Source: Mobula hypostoma (taxonomy: Eukaryota). Taken from it: a stretch of 64,000 nucleotides of DNA. The stretch is taken from contig NC_086108.1 of assembly GCF_963921235.1 (NCBI RefSeq), forward strand, positions 104,720,001-104,784,000, given 5' to 3'. Every line of letters starts with the position of its first letter. The first letter of the stretch is position 1. Both the position numbers and the translations under genes were made by a program. A model generated the notes under the pieces. That model ran no database searches. It had not been told where the DNA came from and saw only the letters and a program-made list of their open reading frames with translations. Shown piece by piece: positions 1-11,689 of this stretch.

Positions 1-200
1 GCTGTTATTGTTGATGTATAAGTCTGTGTTGGTGTGTTTCTGATAGACACCATGTCTGAGGCTACCATCTAGTTTCCATTGTACTTGAATGTCCAGAAAC
101 AGGAGGCAAACATTCTACTCCATCTCCATCGTAAATTGGATGTTTGGATGTATGCTGTTCAAATGGTCGTAGAACTGTTGGAGTCCATGACGCCACACTA
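1..200 (-). mobile_element. Penelope-like element (PLE) reverse-transcriptase fragment, inverted relative to the adjacent endonuclease part
   Basis: Minus strand reads ...DHLNSIHPNIQFTMEME*NVCLLFLDIQV...VYQKHTNTDLY, the typical PLE RT thumb region; contains a stop and runs off the window edge. Confidence 0.85.
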
Positions 201-209
201 TGAACCCCG

Positions 210-750
210 CAGTTTATGAAGGTCCAGGATGATCTCGGACTCAGGTCAGCTGGTGTTTACAGGATTCCCTTTGAACGCAGAGCAGCGTATATCGGCCAGA
301 CAGAACGCATGGTGGAAACCCGCATCAAGGAGCACAGGAAATGTTTCCATTTAGGCTACCCAGAGAAATTGGTGGTAGCAGAACATTGCATTCTCAATGG
401 CCATAGGATTGTGTTCAACAGCACAAAACCACCATGCTACGCTCTGGCTTTCGGGACTGTTTGGGAAAGGAAGCCATTGAAATAAAGCTAGAGGAAAAGA
501 ACTTTAACAAAGTCAAAGGTCACACTCTAAGTAAGAACTGGAATTCAATTGTAAACAAAGTGGGAGAATGGAAACCTGAATGGATGAGGACTAACAAATC
601 AGGAGGGATGGACTACCGGGGGTATAAATACCAGTGGACTAGACATGCCTAGGTATGATCCCTGATGAAGATGGCAGAGTTTGTCATTGAAACATTGGTT
701 ATAATTGATACCTGTACCCAGTTGGAAGCTCGAGAAGAGTTTATTCATCA
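210..750 (+). mobile_element. PLE GIY-YIG endonuclease remnant plus 3' terminal region
   Basis: ORF 216-485 has GVYRIP...YIGQTER...RIKEH; ORF 434-652 has KEAIEIK...NFNK; followed by TATAAA and a CTGATGA...GAAA motif. Confidence 0.88.
651..713 (+). ncRNA. Minimal hammerhead ribozyme remnant in PLE terminus (family 1)
   Basis: CTGATGA 662-668; stem II GATGGCAG/TTGTCATT (670-677/681-688); GAAA 689-692; CATTGG reads as CpG-decayed CGTCGG; distal stem AGGTAT/ATACCT. Confidence 0.65.
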
Positions 751-1332
751 TATTCACTGAGAAAGCAAGAGATCCTTTTTTGAACTGAATGCGGAGATGT
801 AGTAATGGAGGACAAGGAAATGGCAAATGAACTGAATAAATAGTTTGCATCAGACTTCACTGTGGAAGACACCAGCAATATGGTGGAAGTTCTAGGTGTC
901 AGGGGTCATGAAGTATGAGAAGTTACCATTACTGGAGAGAAGGTTCTTAGGAAATTGAAAGGTCTGAAGGTAGATAAGTCACCTGGACGAGATTGTGTAC
1001 ACCCCAGGGTTCTGAAAGAGGTAGCTGAAGAAATCGTGGAAGCATTAGCAATGACCTTTTAAGAATCATTAGATGCTGGAATGGTTCTGGAAGACTGGAA
1101 AATTGCAAATGTCACTCCACTCTTCAAGAAGGGAGAGAGACAAAGAAGGTAAACTATAGGCCGATTAGTCTGACCTCAGTGGCTGGGAAGATGTTGGAGC
1201 CAATTACTAAAGATGAGGTCTCAGGGAACTTGGAGGCACATGATAAACTAGGACATGATCAGCGTGTTTCCTCGTGGTAAAATCTTGTCTGACAAATCTG
1301 TTGGAATTCTTTGAAGAAATAACAAATAGGAT

Positions 1333-1895
1333 TGTTGTTCGTCCATCAATGACGTCGATGAGGACCTCGACACCATTATGATGGTGTCGAGATTAGCGCG
1401 TGATTTGGATTTAAGTGAGGGAGAGTTGCACAGCGTCAGCCTCACTCTCTCTTCCCAATTCCCATCTGGATCCAGTGGCAAGACAGAGTCTAGCCGGCTG
1501 GAGATGGGACTAGGCGCAGTGGATGTCCAGGACGTCTTCTGTGTCTTGTCCTGCTCTACACATTCCACGACGCTTGCAGAGACTGCCTTCTTGACCGTTG
1601 GACCTTCCATTGGTCTCGTCCGCTCAATCCGCCGGAGTCTGTCTTCACATGCTGGGATAGACAACTCCCTATCTCACCGAGGGTCTGAGACCCGTCAGCT
1701 ACCCTCTCCTGGTTTAGCCGGCTTGTTGAAGCCGTTGCCTGGGGTGTGGCCGCTGTCGCATGCAAACAGCTATGAGGAGCCACAGGTGAGAGCTGAGTGC
1801 CAGGTGGGGACCAAAGGTGGACTAACCGCCTTGAAAAGGACGCGACATGTTCCCCCACCAGAGGTGCTACCCCTCCCTGACACTCCATACACCCC
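1333..1895 (-). mobile_element. Non-autonomous RTE-type retroelement (563 bp) inserted into CR1
   Basis: 12-bp TSD AACAAATAGGAT at 1321-1332 and 1896-1907; CR1 frame resumes across it; minus-strand end ...GATGGACGAACAACA resembles RTE tails; related copy at ~48190-48720. Confidence 0.8.
1702..1895 (-). ncRNA. Putative HDV-like self-cleaving ribozyme at the element 5' end
   Basis: Minus strand: P1 GGGGUGU (1895-1889)/ACACCCC (1747-1741); P2 CUCUCACCUG/CAGGAGAGGG; P3 GGC/GCC; L3 starts UCCUCAUA; (A)GG-CAA then P4 CGGCUU/AAGCCG; J4/2 GCUAA. Confidence 0.7.
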
Positions 1896-3109
1896 AACAA
1901 ATAGGATAGACAAAGGAGAATGGGTTGATGTTGTGTACTTGGATTTTCAGGAGCCCTTTGACAAGGTGCCACACATGAGGCTGCTTATCAAGCTACAAGC
2001 CCATGGTATTACAGGAAATATTCCAGCATGGATAAAGCAGTGGCTGATTGGCAAGAGGCAAAGAGTGGGAATAAAGGGAGCCTTTTCTGGTTGGCTGCTG
2101 TTGACTGGTGGTGTTCCACAGGGGTCTGTGTTGGGACTGTTTCTTTTTACATTATATGTTAATGATTCGGATAATGGAATTGATGGCTTTGATGCAAAGT
2201 TTGTGGTTTATATGAAGATAGTTGGAGGGGCAGGTAGTTTTGAGGAAGTAGAGAAGCTACAGACGGACTTAGACAGATTAGGAGAATGGGCAAAGAAGTG
2301 GCAGGTGGAATACAGTGTCAGGAAATGTATGGCCATGCACTTTGGTAGAAGAAATGAAAGAGTTGACTATTTTCTAAATGGAGAGAAAACAAAAATCGGT
2401 TGGTGTCCTTGTGCAGGATTTCCTAAAGGTTAATTTGCAAGTTGAGTCTGTGGTGAGGAAGGCAAATGTGATGTTAACATTCATTTCAAGAGGAGTAGAA
2501 TATAAAAGCAAGGGTGTAATGTTGAGACTTTATAAAGCTCTCGTGAGGCCTCACTTGGAGTATTGTCAACAGTTCTGGGCCCCTTATCTTAGAAAGGTTG
2601 TGTTTAGACTGGAGAAGGTTCAAAGGAGGTTCACGAAAATGATTCCAGGATTGAGTGGATTGTCATATGAAGAGTTGTTCGAAGGTCTGGGCCTATATTC
2701 ACTACAGTTCAGAAGAATGAAGGGTGTCCTCATTAAAACCTATTGAATGGTGAAAGGCCTTGAAACAGTGAATGTGGAGAAGATGTTTTCTATGGTGAGA
2801 GAGTCTAAGACCAGAGGACACAGCCTCAGAATAGAGGGGTGTCCTTTTAGAATGGAGATGAGGAGAAATCTCTTTAGCCAGAGAGTGGTGAATCTGTGGA
2901 ATTCTTTGTCACAGGCAGCTGTGGAGGCCAAGTATTTATGTTTATTTATAGCAATGATTGATAGATTATTGATTGGCCAGGGCATGAAGGGACATGGGGA
3001 GAATGCAGGAGATTGGAGAAGAGAAGAAAATTGGATCAGCCATGATGAAATGGCAGAGCAGACTTGATGGGTCAAATGGCCTGATTCAGCTCCTGTTACT
3101 TATAGCCTA

Positions 3110-3885
3110 ATCAAGAATCTATCAATCTTAACTATACCCAGTGACTTGGCCTCCACAGCCACCTGTGCAATGAGTTCTACAGATTCACCACTCTCTGAAT
3201 AAGGAAATTCCTCCCCATCTCCATTCTAATCAGACGCCCTTCTATTCTAAGTCTTCTGGACCTAGACTCGCCCACCATAGGAAACATCCTCTCCACATCC
3301 ACTCTATCGAAACTTTTCAGCATTCAATAACTTTCCTCACTTCATTGTCCTGAATTCCAATGAGTACAGACCCAGTGCCATCAAAAGTCCCTCAAAAGAT
3401 GAGCATTTCAATCCTGGAATCCTTTCTGTAAGCCTCCTATGAACCCTCTCCAATGTCAGCACTTCCCGAAAAGGCCTGAACAGATTAGATATGGCAAAGT
3501 TATTTCCCATGGTAGGGGATTCTAAGAAAAGAGGGCACGACTTCAGGATTGAAGGACATCTATTTAGAACTGAAATGCGGGGAAATTAATTTAGTCAGAG
3601 GGTGGTAAATCTGTGGAATTTGTTCCCACGAGCGGCTGTGGAGGCCAAGTCACTGGGTGCATTTAAGGCAGATATAGATAGGTTTTTGATTAGCCAGGGC
3701 ATCAAAGGGTATGGGGTGAAGGCAGGGGAATGGGGCTGACCGGAATAATTGGATCAGCCCATGATTGAATGGCGGAACAGACTCGATGGGCTGAATGGCG
3801 TACTTCTGCTCCTATATCTTATGGTCTTACCCTTTCATAGTTAAGGGGCCTGAAACTGCTCATAATACTCCAATGAGCCCTCAGC
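3110..3885. mobile_element. Minus-strand CR1 3' fragment (3110-3465, 3830-3885) interrupted by a plus-strand CR1 3' end (~3470-3830)
   Basis: Recurrent CR1 3' motifs (AGATTCACCACTCTCTG on one strand, CAGAGGGTGGTAAATCTGTGGAA on the other) and tail ...CTCCTATATCTTATGGTC. Confidence 0.8.
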
Positions 3886-4159
3886 AGTGATTAATTCCTC
3901 CACTTATTTCGTTCTTGTGTAAATTAGATTATTTTCATCTCTAGCAGGGTGCAATGAAGTTCTTTGCTCACATGAGGGCTGTCAGAGCAAAATGTTTACA
4001 TGCTAGTAACAAATATGATGATGAGCACAAAAGGGAACATTGTAAAGATTGCACTGCAGTCTGATGTTGTAGAAAAAGAAATGCAAAATGACAATAATGG
4101 AATAATCGTGAGGTGGATTTAGTTGTTCAAGAGTGATGCAGCATTACCGGGAAGAGGTT

Positions 4160-5010
4160 GAAAGAAGTGTCTGATTCAGGAGTCTGATAGCAGTGGGGAA
4201 GATGCTGTTCTTGAGTCGGGTCATCCAGCTTTCATGTTCCTGTATCTTGTCCCAGAATGTAGAAGAGAGAACAGGGAATGGCCAGGGTAGCATACACTTT
4301 AGAGCATAGAACAGTATAGCACAGGAGCAAGCTATTTGACTCTCCATGTTGTGGCAAACCAGCTAAAAAGGCACACAGCCAAACACCAATCCCTCCTATC
4401 TACACCATGCCCATATCCCTCATCTTTCTTACATCCATGTGTCTATCTGAACACCTCTTAAAAGCCTCTAATATATTTTCCTCTACACCATACTAGGCAG
4501 CGCATCCCAGTAAGAAATTTGTCCCTCACCTCTCCCTTGAACCTACCCCTCGCACCTGCAATGCATGTCCTCTGGTGTTAGATATTTCAAAGCTGGGAAA
4601 CAGATATTCCATGTCTGCTCTATCTATGCCTTTCATAATCTTGTAAACGTCTATCAGATCTCCCCTGAGCTTCCACCACTCCAGAGAAAACAACCCAAAG
4701 TTTATCCAGCCTCTCATGGTAGCACATGCCTTATAAACCAGGCAGCATCCTGGTAAACATCTTCTGCACCTTCTCCAAAGCCTCAACATCCTTCCTATAG
4801 ACGTTGATGATACTGTTTGTCTTCCTAAAGCAACAAACTGTGAAGATGGTCTGGATGAAAGGAAGTGATGAGCCTGTGAAGGACTGGGCTTTGTTTACCG
4901 CCCTCTTCACGTTCCACTGGTCCGGAGCAGAGCATTTACAACATTAGGCTGTGATAAAACATATCAGAGTAGTTTCTATAGGGCACATGTAAAAGTCCAC
5001 GACAATCTTT
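4160..5010 (-). mobile_element. Rex1/Babar-like fragments interrupted by a CR1 3' fragment (~4300-4800)
   Basis: ORF 4144-4347 RLKNSIFPTAIRLLN (Rex1 C-terminus); ORF 4526-4789 GLFSLEWWKLRGDLIDVYKIMKG (CR1). Confidence 0.7.
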
Positions 5011-5011
5011 G

Positions 5012-8000
5012 TGGATACCGTTTAGGGAACTGGAGCTGCAGCTTGATGAACTTTGGCTTGTAGCGAAACTGAAGCAGAGATAGACAGGGAGATAGTGACC
5101 CCAAGGCTGCGGGAGACAGATAAATGGGTGACTGTCAGGAGATGGAAATGGGAACATCAGATAATGGAGAACACCCCTGTGTCTGTGCCCCTCAATAATA
5201 AGTACTTCATTTTGAGTACCATTTTGAGGGACAACCTACCTGGGGGAAGCAACAGTGGCCGTGCCTCTGGCACTGAGTCTGGCCCTGTGGCTCAGAAGGG
5301 AAGAGGATGGCAGCAGTAATAGGGGACTCTATAGTCGGGGGGACAGATGGGCAATTCTGTGGACGAGAGAAAGAAACACGGATGGTAGTTTACCTCCCAG
5401 GTGCCAGATGTTTCTGAACGCATCCACAATATCCTGAAAAGGGAGGGTGAGCAGCCAGATGTTGTGATACATATTGGTATCAACGACATAGGAAGAAAAA
5501 AGAGGAGGTCTTGAGAAAAGAATACAGGGAGTTGAGAAGGAAGCTGTGAAGCAGGACCTCAAGGGTAGTAATGACAATATTGCTGCCTGTGCCACACGAC
5601 AGCGAAGATAATAGAATGAGGTGGTGGATAAATGTGTGGATGAAGAATTGGAGCGGGGGCAGGAATTCAGATTTCTGGATCATTGGAACCTCTTCAGGGG
5701 CAGGTGGGAACTATACTAAAGGACGGGTTATACTTGAATCTGAGGGGGCCCAATATTCTTGTGGGCAGATTTACTAAACCAGGATGATAGAGCTGAGGAT
5801 GAGCCAACAGGTTTACAGGCAGATGATGGATGTAATATGAATGTAAGGAAAGACAAGTCAGTGATTTGGTACAAATGCAGAAAGAGCAAAGGATTAAATT
5901 GTACCACAGAGGCAAAATTCAAAAGGGCAAAGAATGTAGGACTGAAGGTGCTGTATTTAAATGTGTGTAGCATTTGGAATAACATAGATGAACTTGTGGC
6001 GCAATTAGTGATTAGCAAGTATGAAGTTGTAGGCGTCACTGAGTTGGGGCTGAAAGAAGGTCATAGTTGGGAGCTTAACATCAAAGAATATACTTTTCAG
6101 GAAGGCATAGGCGATGGTGTGGCCCTGTTGGTAAAGATAGAATTACATCTTTAGAAAGAGGTGACATTGGGGCAGGGAATGTTGAATCTTTGTGGGTGGA
6201 GTTAAGAAATTACAAGGGTGAGAAAAACAATTGTGAGAATCATGTATGGGCCTCCAAATAGTAGCCAAGATGTGGGGTTAGGATTGCAAAGGGAGCTGGA
6301 AAAGGCATGTAATAAAGGTAGTGTCACAATTGTGATGGAATCAATATGCAGAGGGAATGTGAAAATCATTTTGGTGTCAGATTGCAAGAGAGGGAATTTG
6401 TTGAATGCCTATGAGATGGCTTTTTAGAGCAGCTTGTGCTTGAGCCTACTCTGGGAAGGGATCTTTTAGATTGGGTGTTGTGTAATAACGCAGATCTTAT
6501 TGGGAGCTTAACGTAGAGGAACCCTGAGGAGACAGTGATCATAATATGATTGAATTCATACTGCAACTTGAGAGGAAAAAGCATAACTCACATGTATCAG
6601 TATCCCAATGGAATAAAGGGAATTACAGAGGTACAAGAGAGGAGCTTGCCCAGGTGGATTGGAGGAGGATACTGTTTGGGATGACAGCAGAGAAGAGATG
6701 GCTGAAGTTTCTGGGAATATCGCACAAGGTGCAGGATAGATGTGTCCCACTGAGGAAGAAGTTCTCAAATGGCAGGGGTAGGCAATTGTGGCTGACAAAG
6801 GAATTTAAGGACTGCATAAAAGCCAAGGAAAGAGCATACAAGGTAGCAAAGGTGAGTGTGAAGTTGGATGATTGGAAAACTTTTAAAATTCAATAAAAGG
6901 CAACTGAAAAAGCTATAACAGGGGAAAAGATGAAATATGAGGGCAGACTAGCCAATAATATAAAGCAAGATACTAGAAGTTTTTTCAGTTATATAAAGAG
7001 TAAAAGGGAGATGAGAGTTGATATTGGACCACTGGAAAATGATGCTGGTGAGGTAGTAATGGGGAACAAAGAAATGGCAGATGAACTTAATGGGTACTTT
7101 GCATCAGTCTTCATTGTGGAAGACACTAGCAGTGAGCCAGAGGTCGTGTGAGTGTCAGAGAGTGCCAATGTTATTACAAAAGAAAAAGTGCTAGGCAAAC
7201 TCAAATGTCTTAAAGTGGGTAAGTCACCTGGGCCAGATGGACTACATCCCAGAGTCCTGAGAGAGGTTGCTGAAGAGATAACAGATGCATTGGTTTTGAT
7301 CTTTCAATAATCACTTGATTCTGGCATAGTCCCAGAGGACCAGAAGATTGTAAATGTCACTCCACTCTTTAAGAAAGGAGAGAAAGAAAATTATAGGCCA
7401 GTTAGCCTATCCTCAGTGGTTAGGAATGTGTTGGAGTCTATTATTCAGGGAAAGTTTTCAATAAAAGGAGAATAATGATAAAATAAGTCAAAGTCAGCAT
7501 GATTTCTATAAAGGGAAATCTTGCCTGACAAATCTGTTCTTCGAGGAAGTAACAAGCAGGGTGGACAAAGGAGAGGCAATAAATGTCATTTACTTAGATT
7601 TTCAGAAGTCATTTGATAAGGTACCACACATGAGGCTGCTTAACAAGAGAAAATCCTATGGTGATACAGGAAAGATTCTGGCACGGATAGAGGAATGGCT
7701 GACAGGCAGGAGGCAGTGAGCGGAAATAAAAGGGGCCTTTTCTGGTTGGCTGCCAGTGACTAGTGGTGTTCCTCAGGGGTCAGTATTGGGACTGCTACTT
7801 TTCACATTGTTTGACAATGATTTAGATATTGGAATTGATGGCCTTGTGACAAAGTTTGTGGATGATACGAAGATAGGTGGAGGGGTAGGTAGTGCTGAGG
7901 AAGCCATGTGATTGCAGCAGGACTTGGACAAATTGGAAGAATGGGCAAAAAAGTGGCAGGTGGAATACAGTGTTGGGAAATGTAAAATAGTACATTTTGG

Positions 8001-8745
8001 TAAAAGGAACAATAGTGTGGACCATTATCTAAATGGGGAGAAAATTCAAGCATCAGAGGTGAAGAGGGATTTGGGAGTCCTCATGCAAGGTTAATTTACA
8101 AGTTGAGTCTGTGGTAAAGAAGGCAAATGCACTGTTGCCATCTATTTCAGGGGGAATAGAATATAAAAGCAAAGTGATAATGCTGAGCCTAGCCAGGCTG
8201 CACTTGTGGTACCGTCAACAGCTTTGGGCCCCATATCTTAGAGGATGTGTTGTCATTGGAGAGATTCTAGAGGGGGTTCATGAGGATGATTTGGGGAATG
8301 AAGGGGTTAACATATGAGGAGCATTTGACAGCTTTGGGCCTGTATTCACTGGAATTTAAAAGAATGTGGGGGATCTCATTGAAACCTTCTGAATGTTGAA
8401 ACGACTAGATAAGGTGGATGTTGAGAGGATGTTTCCTATGGTGGGGGTATCCAGAATTAGAGGGCACAGTCTCAAAATTGAGGGGCTACCCTTTAGAACA
8501 GAGGTAAGGAGGAATTTTTCTAGCCAGAGAGTAGTGAACCTGTGCAAGGCTCTGTGGTGGAGGCCAAGTCCGTGGGTATATTTAAGGCAGAAGTTGATTG
8601 TTTCACGATTGGTCAGGGAATTAAAGAATATGGCGAGAAGGCAGGTGTACAAGGTTGAGTGTGAACCGGGATCAGCCATGATGGAGTTGTGGAGCAGACT
8701 CGATGGGCTGAATGGCCTAATTTTGTTCCTACAGTACGTCTTATG
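5012..8745 (+). mobile_element. Near full-length degenerate CR1 LINE: ORF1 (SGNH esterase-like) plus ORF2 (APE endonuclease and RT)
   Basis: ORF1 remnants (RELELQLDEL, VVIHIGINDIG); APE LKVLYLNVCSIWN...VGVTE; RT YLDFQKSFDKVPH, GVPQGSVLG, KFVDDTK; many stops. Confidence 0.95.
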
Positions 8746-9123
8746 GATAAACTGAATCTTATCAGGCGTAGAAGAAAGCACATACAATGATGTGTTCTTG
8801 ATCACTGAGTGAGTGTTGAGGGATCTGATGATTTTCTGATCCAAGGTTTTTTTTTAGGAGTCCAAGAATGAGTGAAAACTTATTGTTTCATGATCATTTA
8901 TTTTGAAGGTTAAACAAAGCAACAGATATAAAGCATATGAAACTAATGGGAAGACAAAGACAAGATGGCAATTTCGGCAGAGCCTGACACTTGTATACTT
9001 AAGATAAGGTCATTTCCTGAGATATGCAAAGGGCCAATTAAAAGATGCACCATCACAGCATGTATGCTATGTGCTAATACTTGGCCAATGAAAAATGAAA
9101 AAGTTAAGTTACTGTTATATAAC

Positions 9124-9156
9124 TGCTGTATCACGTTTCTGCCAGTAGGTGGAGAC
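9124..9156 (+). promoter_or_regulatory. Candidate CTCF site
   Basis: Core CCAGTAGGTGGAGA 9142-9155 with upstream TGCTGTATC, in non-repeat DNA. Confidence 0.4.
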
Positions 9157-9889
9157 AAACACCACTTATTGTGAAAACTCCGACTTCAAAATACAAATTC
9201 TATGTTAGTGAAAACTAGACTTTCAATCTTGCATTAATTTAACTAATACCTTAATAAAAGCATAAAAAAGCAAGCGATTCCAACAGTGTGAAGGGACCAG
9301 GAAAGGTAGCTGGTGATTTAGATGCTAAGGATCGTGATGCTGTTAAGCGAACCTATGTTGGTGAAGACAGCGTTGTATTTACCACTTCCCTTTCAATTTT
9401 TTACAGCTGCGTGGACCAGCAATGGCTCTGAGCTGGAAACTTTTACAGGGCCTGAAAACTGCACGGCACTTTAAATGTTTTTTTTGTAATATGCACACTA
9501 TGAATATTTGGAATGAAAATTAAAAAATCAATACTTCTTATTTTATTTATTTTGAAGGGTATGAGGAAATGCAGTATAACAGAGTCATAATAAGAAATTA
9601 ATGCCCCCACCCTATTTTCCTTAGGCCAACAACCACCTCTTTTGTTGATGACAGTATCAGATTAAAGGGTCAGTCATGGTTGTATAAAAATGTGGAACAG
9701 ACTTGAATGGTTGAATGATCTCCAGGAAAATAACTGGTTCTTGAGATGGCCCCTGAGAGCTCTCAGGTTCAAATGAGGGGTACCTTGATTTAGTCACTGA
9801 AATTGTGTTGATCAAGGAGAATGGAGAGAGAGGCAACACCAGGAAGCAAGATTGTTCTATCTACTAACACAATGAAGATTTTTTTTTAT

Positions 9890-10480
9890 TAATATTACAG
9901 CACAATACAAACCGTTTGACCCACTCTAAGATCAATCTCACCCTTCCCTCTCACATAGCCCTTCACTTTCCTTCCATTCATATGTCATAAATGAACCTAA
10001 TGTATCTGCCTCCATCATCGCTCCTGGTAGGGTGTTCCAAACATCCACCACTCTGTGTAAAGTATTTACCTCTGTCTTCCTCTCTATACTTTCCACCAAT
10101 CACCTTAGAACCTTGCCTCTGATATTAACCATTTTAACCCTGTGACTATGTCTCTTGCTGCCCACGTGATCTATGCCTCTAATCATCTTGTATACCATCT
10201 CTCATTCTCCTTCACTCCAGAGAGAAAAGCCCTAGCTCACACAATCGCTTTTCATTTGACATGCTCTTTAATTCACGTGGCATTCTGGTAAATCTCCTCT
10301 GCACCCTCTCTTTAACATCCTTCCTATAATGAGATGACCAGAACTGAACATAGTACTCCAAGTGTGGTCCAACCAGAGTCTTATAGATCTGCAACGTTAC
10401 CTTGCTGCTCTTGAACTCCATTTCCTGACGAAGGAAGGCCAACTTGCCCTCCATAACAACCCTATCAATGCCAATTGCCA
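9890..10480 (-). mobile_element. CR1 3' fragment
   Basis: ORF 10212-10502 YKTLVGPHLEYYVQFWS...ERVQRRFTRM...LGLFSLE. Confidence 0.85.
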
Positions 10481-10569
10481 GCGTCCATTTGCTTGCACGC
10501 AAATCTTTCAGTCCACCAAAAACGTTTCAGAATCCAAATGGAAACCTGCTGCCTTGAAGGTTGAACCTT

Positions 10570-10600
10570 AGCTGTTTCACAAGAGGCAGTAGATGGCGAC
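10570..10600 (+). promoter_or_regulatory. Candidate CTCF site
   Basis: Core GCAGTAGATGGCGA 10586-10599 with upstream AGCTGTTTC, in non-repeat DNA. Confidence 0.45.
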
Positions 10601-11279
10601 AATGCAATTGACATGAGAAAAAGGAACGCAAGCTAAAGAATAAAGAAATGCTCCCAGAAACGTTAATGACACGTTTCACAAACCCAGCTTTGTTTGAGAA
10701 CAGGCTAATAGGACATTAACAATGTAAGTGACAATTTGAAATATTTCATAAATAGGAGGAATAACAAAACATGTAATTTGCCTGCACAAACATTGGCAGC
10801 TTCAGAGTAATCTTAACTTGGAGAGATGCATAGGCTAATACAGTGCGAGCTATTCAGCACACACTCCTACCTGGAACTGAACTGTGACTATCTAATTAAC
10901 ATTAGACAACTTCGGAAATCAGGAAACACTCCAGGAAGGCTAATAGTATCATCAAGGACGCCTGCCACCCTGGCCATTCTCCTTTTATCTTTTTTGCTTC
11001 TTCTGAGATGGCACAGGAGCCTGAATGCCAAGATGGCGAGACTCTGAAACAATTTCTTCCCCTGTGATGGATGTTCTCTTTCGGGACTCCAGAGGGTTAG
11101 TGCTCAGCTTTCTAGCACAGCATGACCTTTCCAAAGGGTCTCAGTTGTTTGTGACAAAGTTAAACTTCTAATCAATATTCCTTGTTCAGCTTGTCGTAAA
11201 CAAGAACCAATCTTCAGTTCATAATGTAGATTACAAACAATTATTTTGAAGTTAAAAGCACAGCTTTGCAAAAACAGCA

Positions 11280-11515
11280 CACACAAAATGCAGAAGGAAC
11301 TCAGTAGGTCAGGCAGCATCAATGGAAAAGTGTATAGACGATGCTTCAGGCCAAGACCCTTCATCAGACCCTCCACTGAGTCCTGATGAAGGGTCTCGGC
11401 CTGAAATGTCGACTATTTTCCACAGATGTTGCCTGTCCTGCTGAGTTCCTCCAGCAGTTTGTGTCTGTGTGTGTGATGCTTGGATTTCCAGCATCTGCAG
11501 ACTTTCTCTTGTTTG
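11280..11515. mobile_element. Palindromic PLE-terminus mini-element (two head-to-head copies), each arm with a hammerhead core
   Basis: Inverted arms around ~11369-11378; TSD GCTTTGCAAA(AA)CAGCA at 11263-11279 and 11516-11530. Confidence 0.85.
11379..11414 (+). ncRNA. Minimal type I hammerhead ribozyme (PLE family 2)
   Basis: AGTC-CTGATGA-A-GGG-TCTCGG-CCT-GAAA-T-GTC-GACT: stem I AGTC/GACT, 3-bp stem II, GUC cleavage triplet. Confidence 0.75.
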
Positions 11516-11689
11516 GCTTTGCAAACAGCATTATTACAGAGCACAGGGTGCAGGCCCGCAGAGGGAGGCTGGTCGCTATCAGATGTGGTTTGCAAAGTGA
11601 AATGACCATGAGTGATCTTGTTTATATTAGCTGAACACAAGACAAGGGGGTTCATGAGTGATCTTGTTTATATTAGCAATGGGGTTAGT

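Larger units (their letters stand above)
789..3110 (+). mobile_element. CR1/HER1-type LINE, 5'-truncated ORF2 (RT) and 3' UTR, interrupted at 1333-1895
   Basis: Motifs VDVVYLDFQEPFDKVPH, GVPQGSVLG, LVRPHLEYC, RTRGHSL..., FSQRVVNLWNSL; stops and frameshifts. Confidence 0.95.

Noticed and set aside
1378..2433. 351-aa ORF as a novel fusion gene
   Set aside because: Chance read-through from the antisense strand of the RTE-type insert into a decayed CR1 RT; the catalytic motif is degenerate (FVVY instead of FADD)
9385..9525. Coding exon after a strong acceptor (TTTTTTACAG at 9406)
   Set aside because: No convincing donor and no recognisable peptide in any frame
11607..11677. Repeat-spacer-repeat resembling CRISPR
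   Set aside because: Only two units, eukaryotic context, no cas genes
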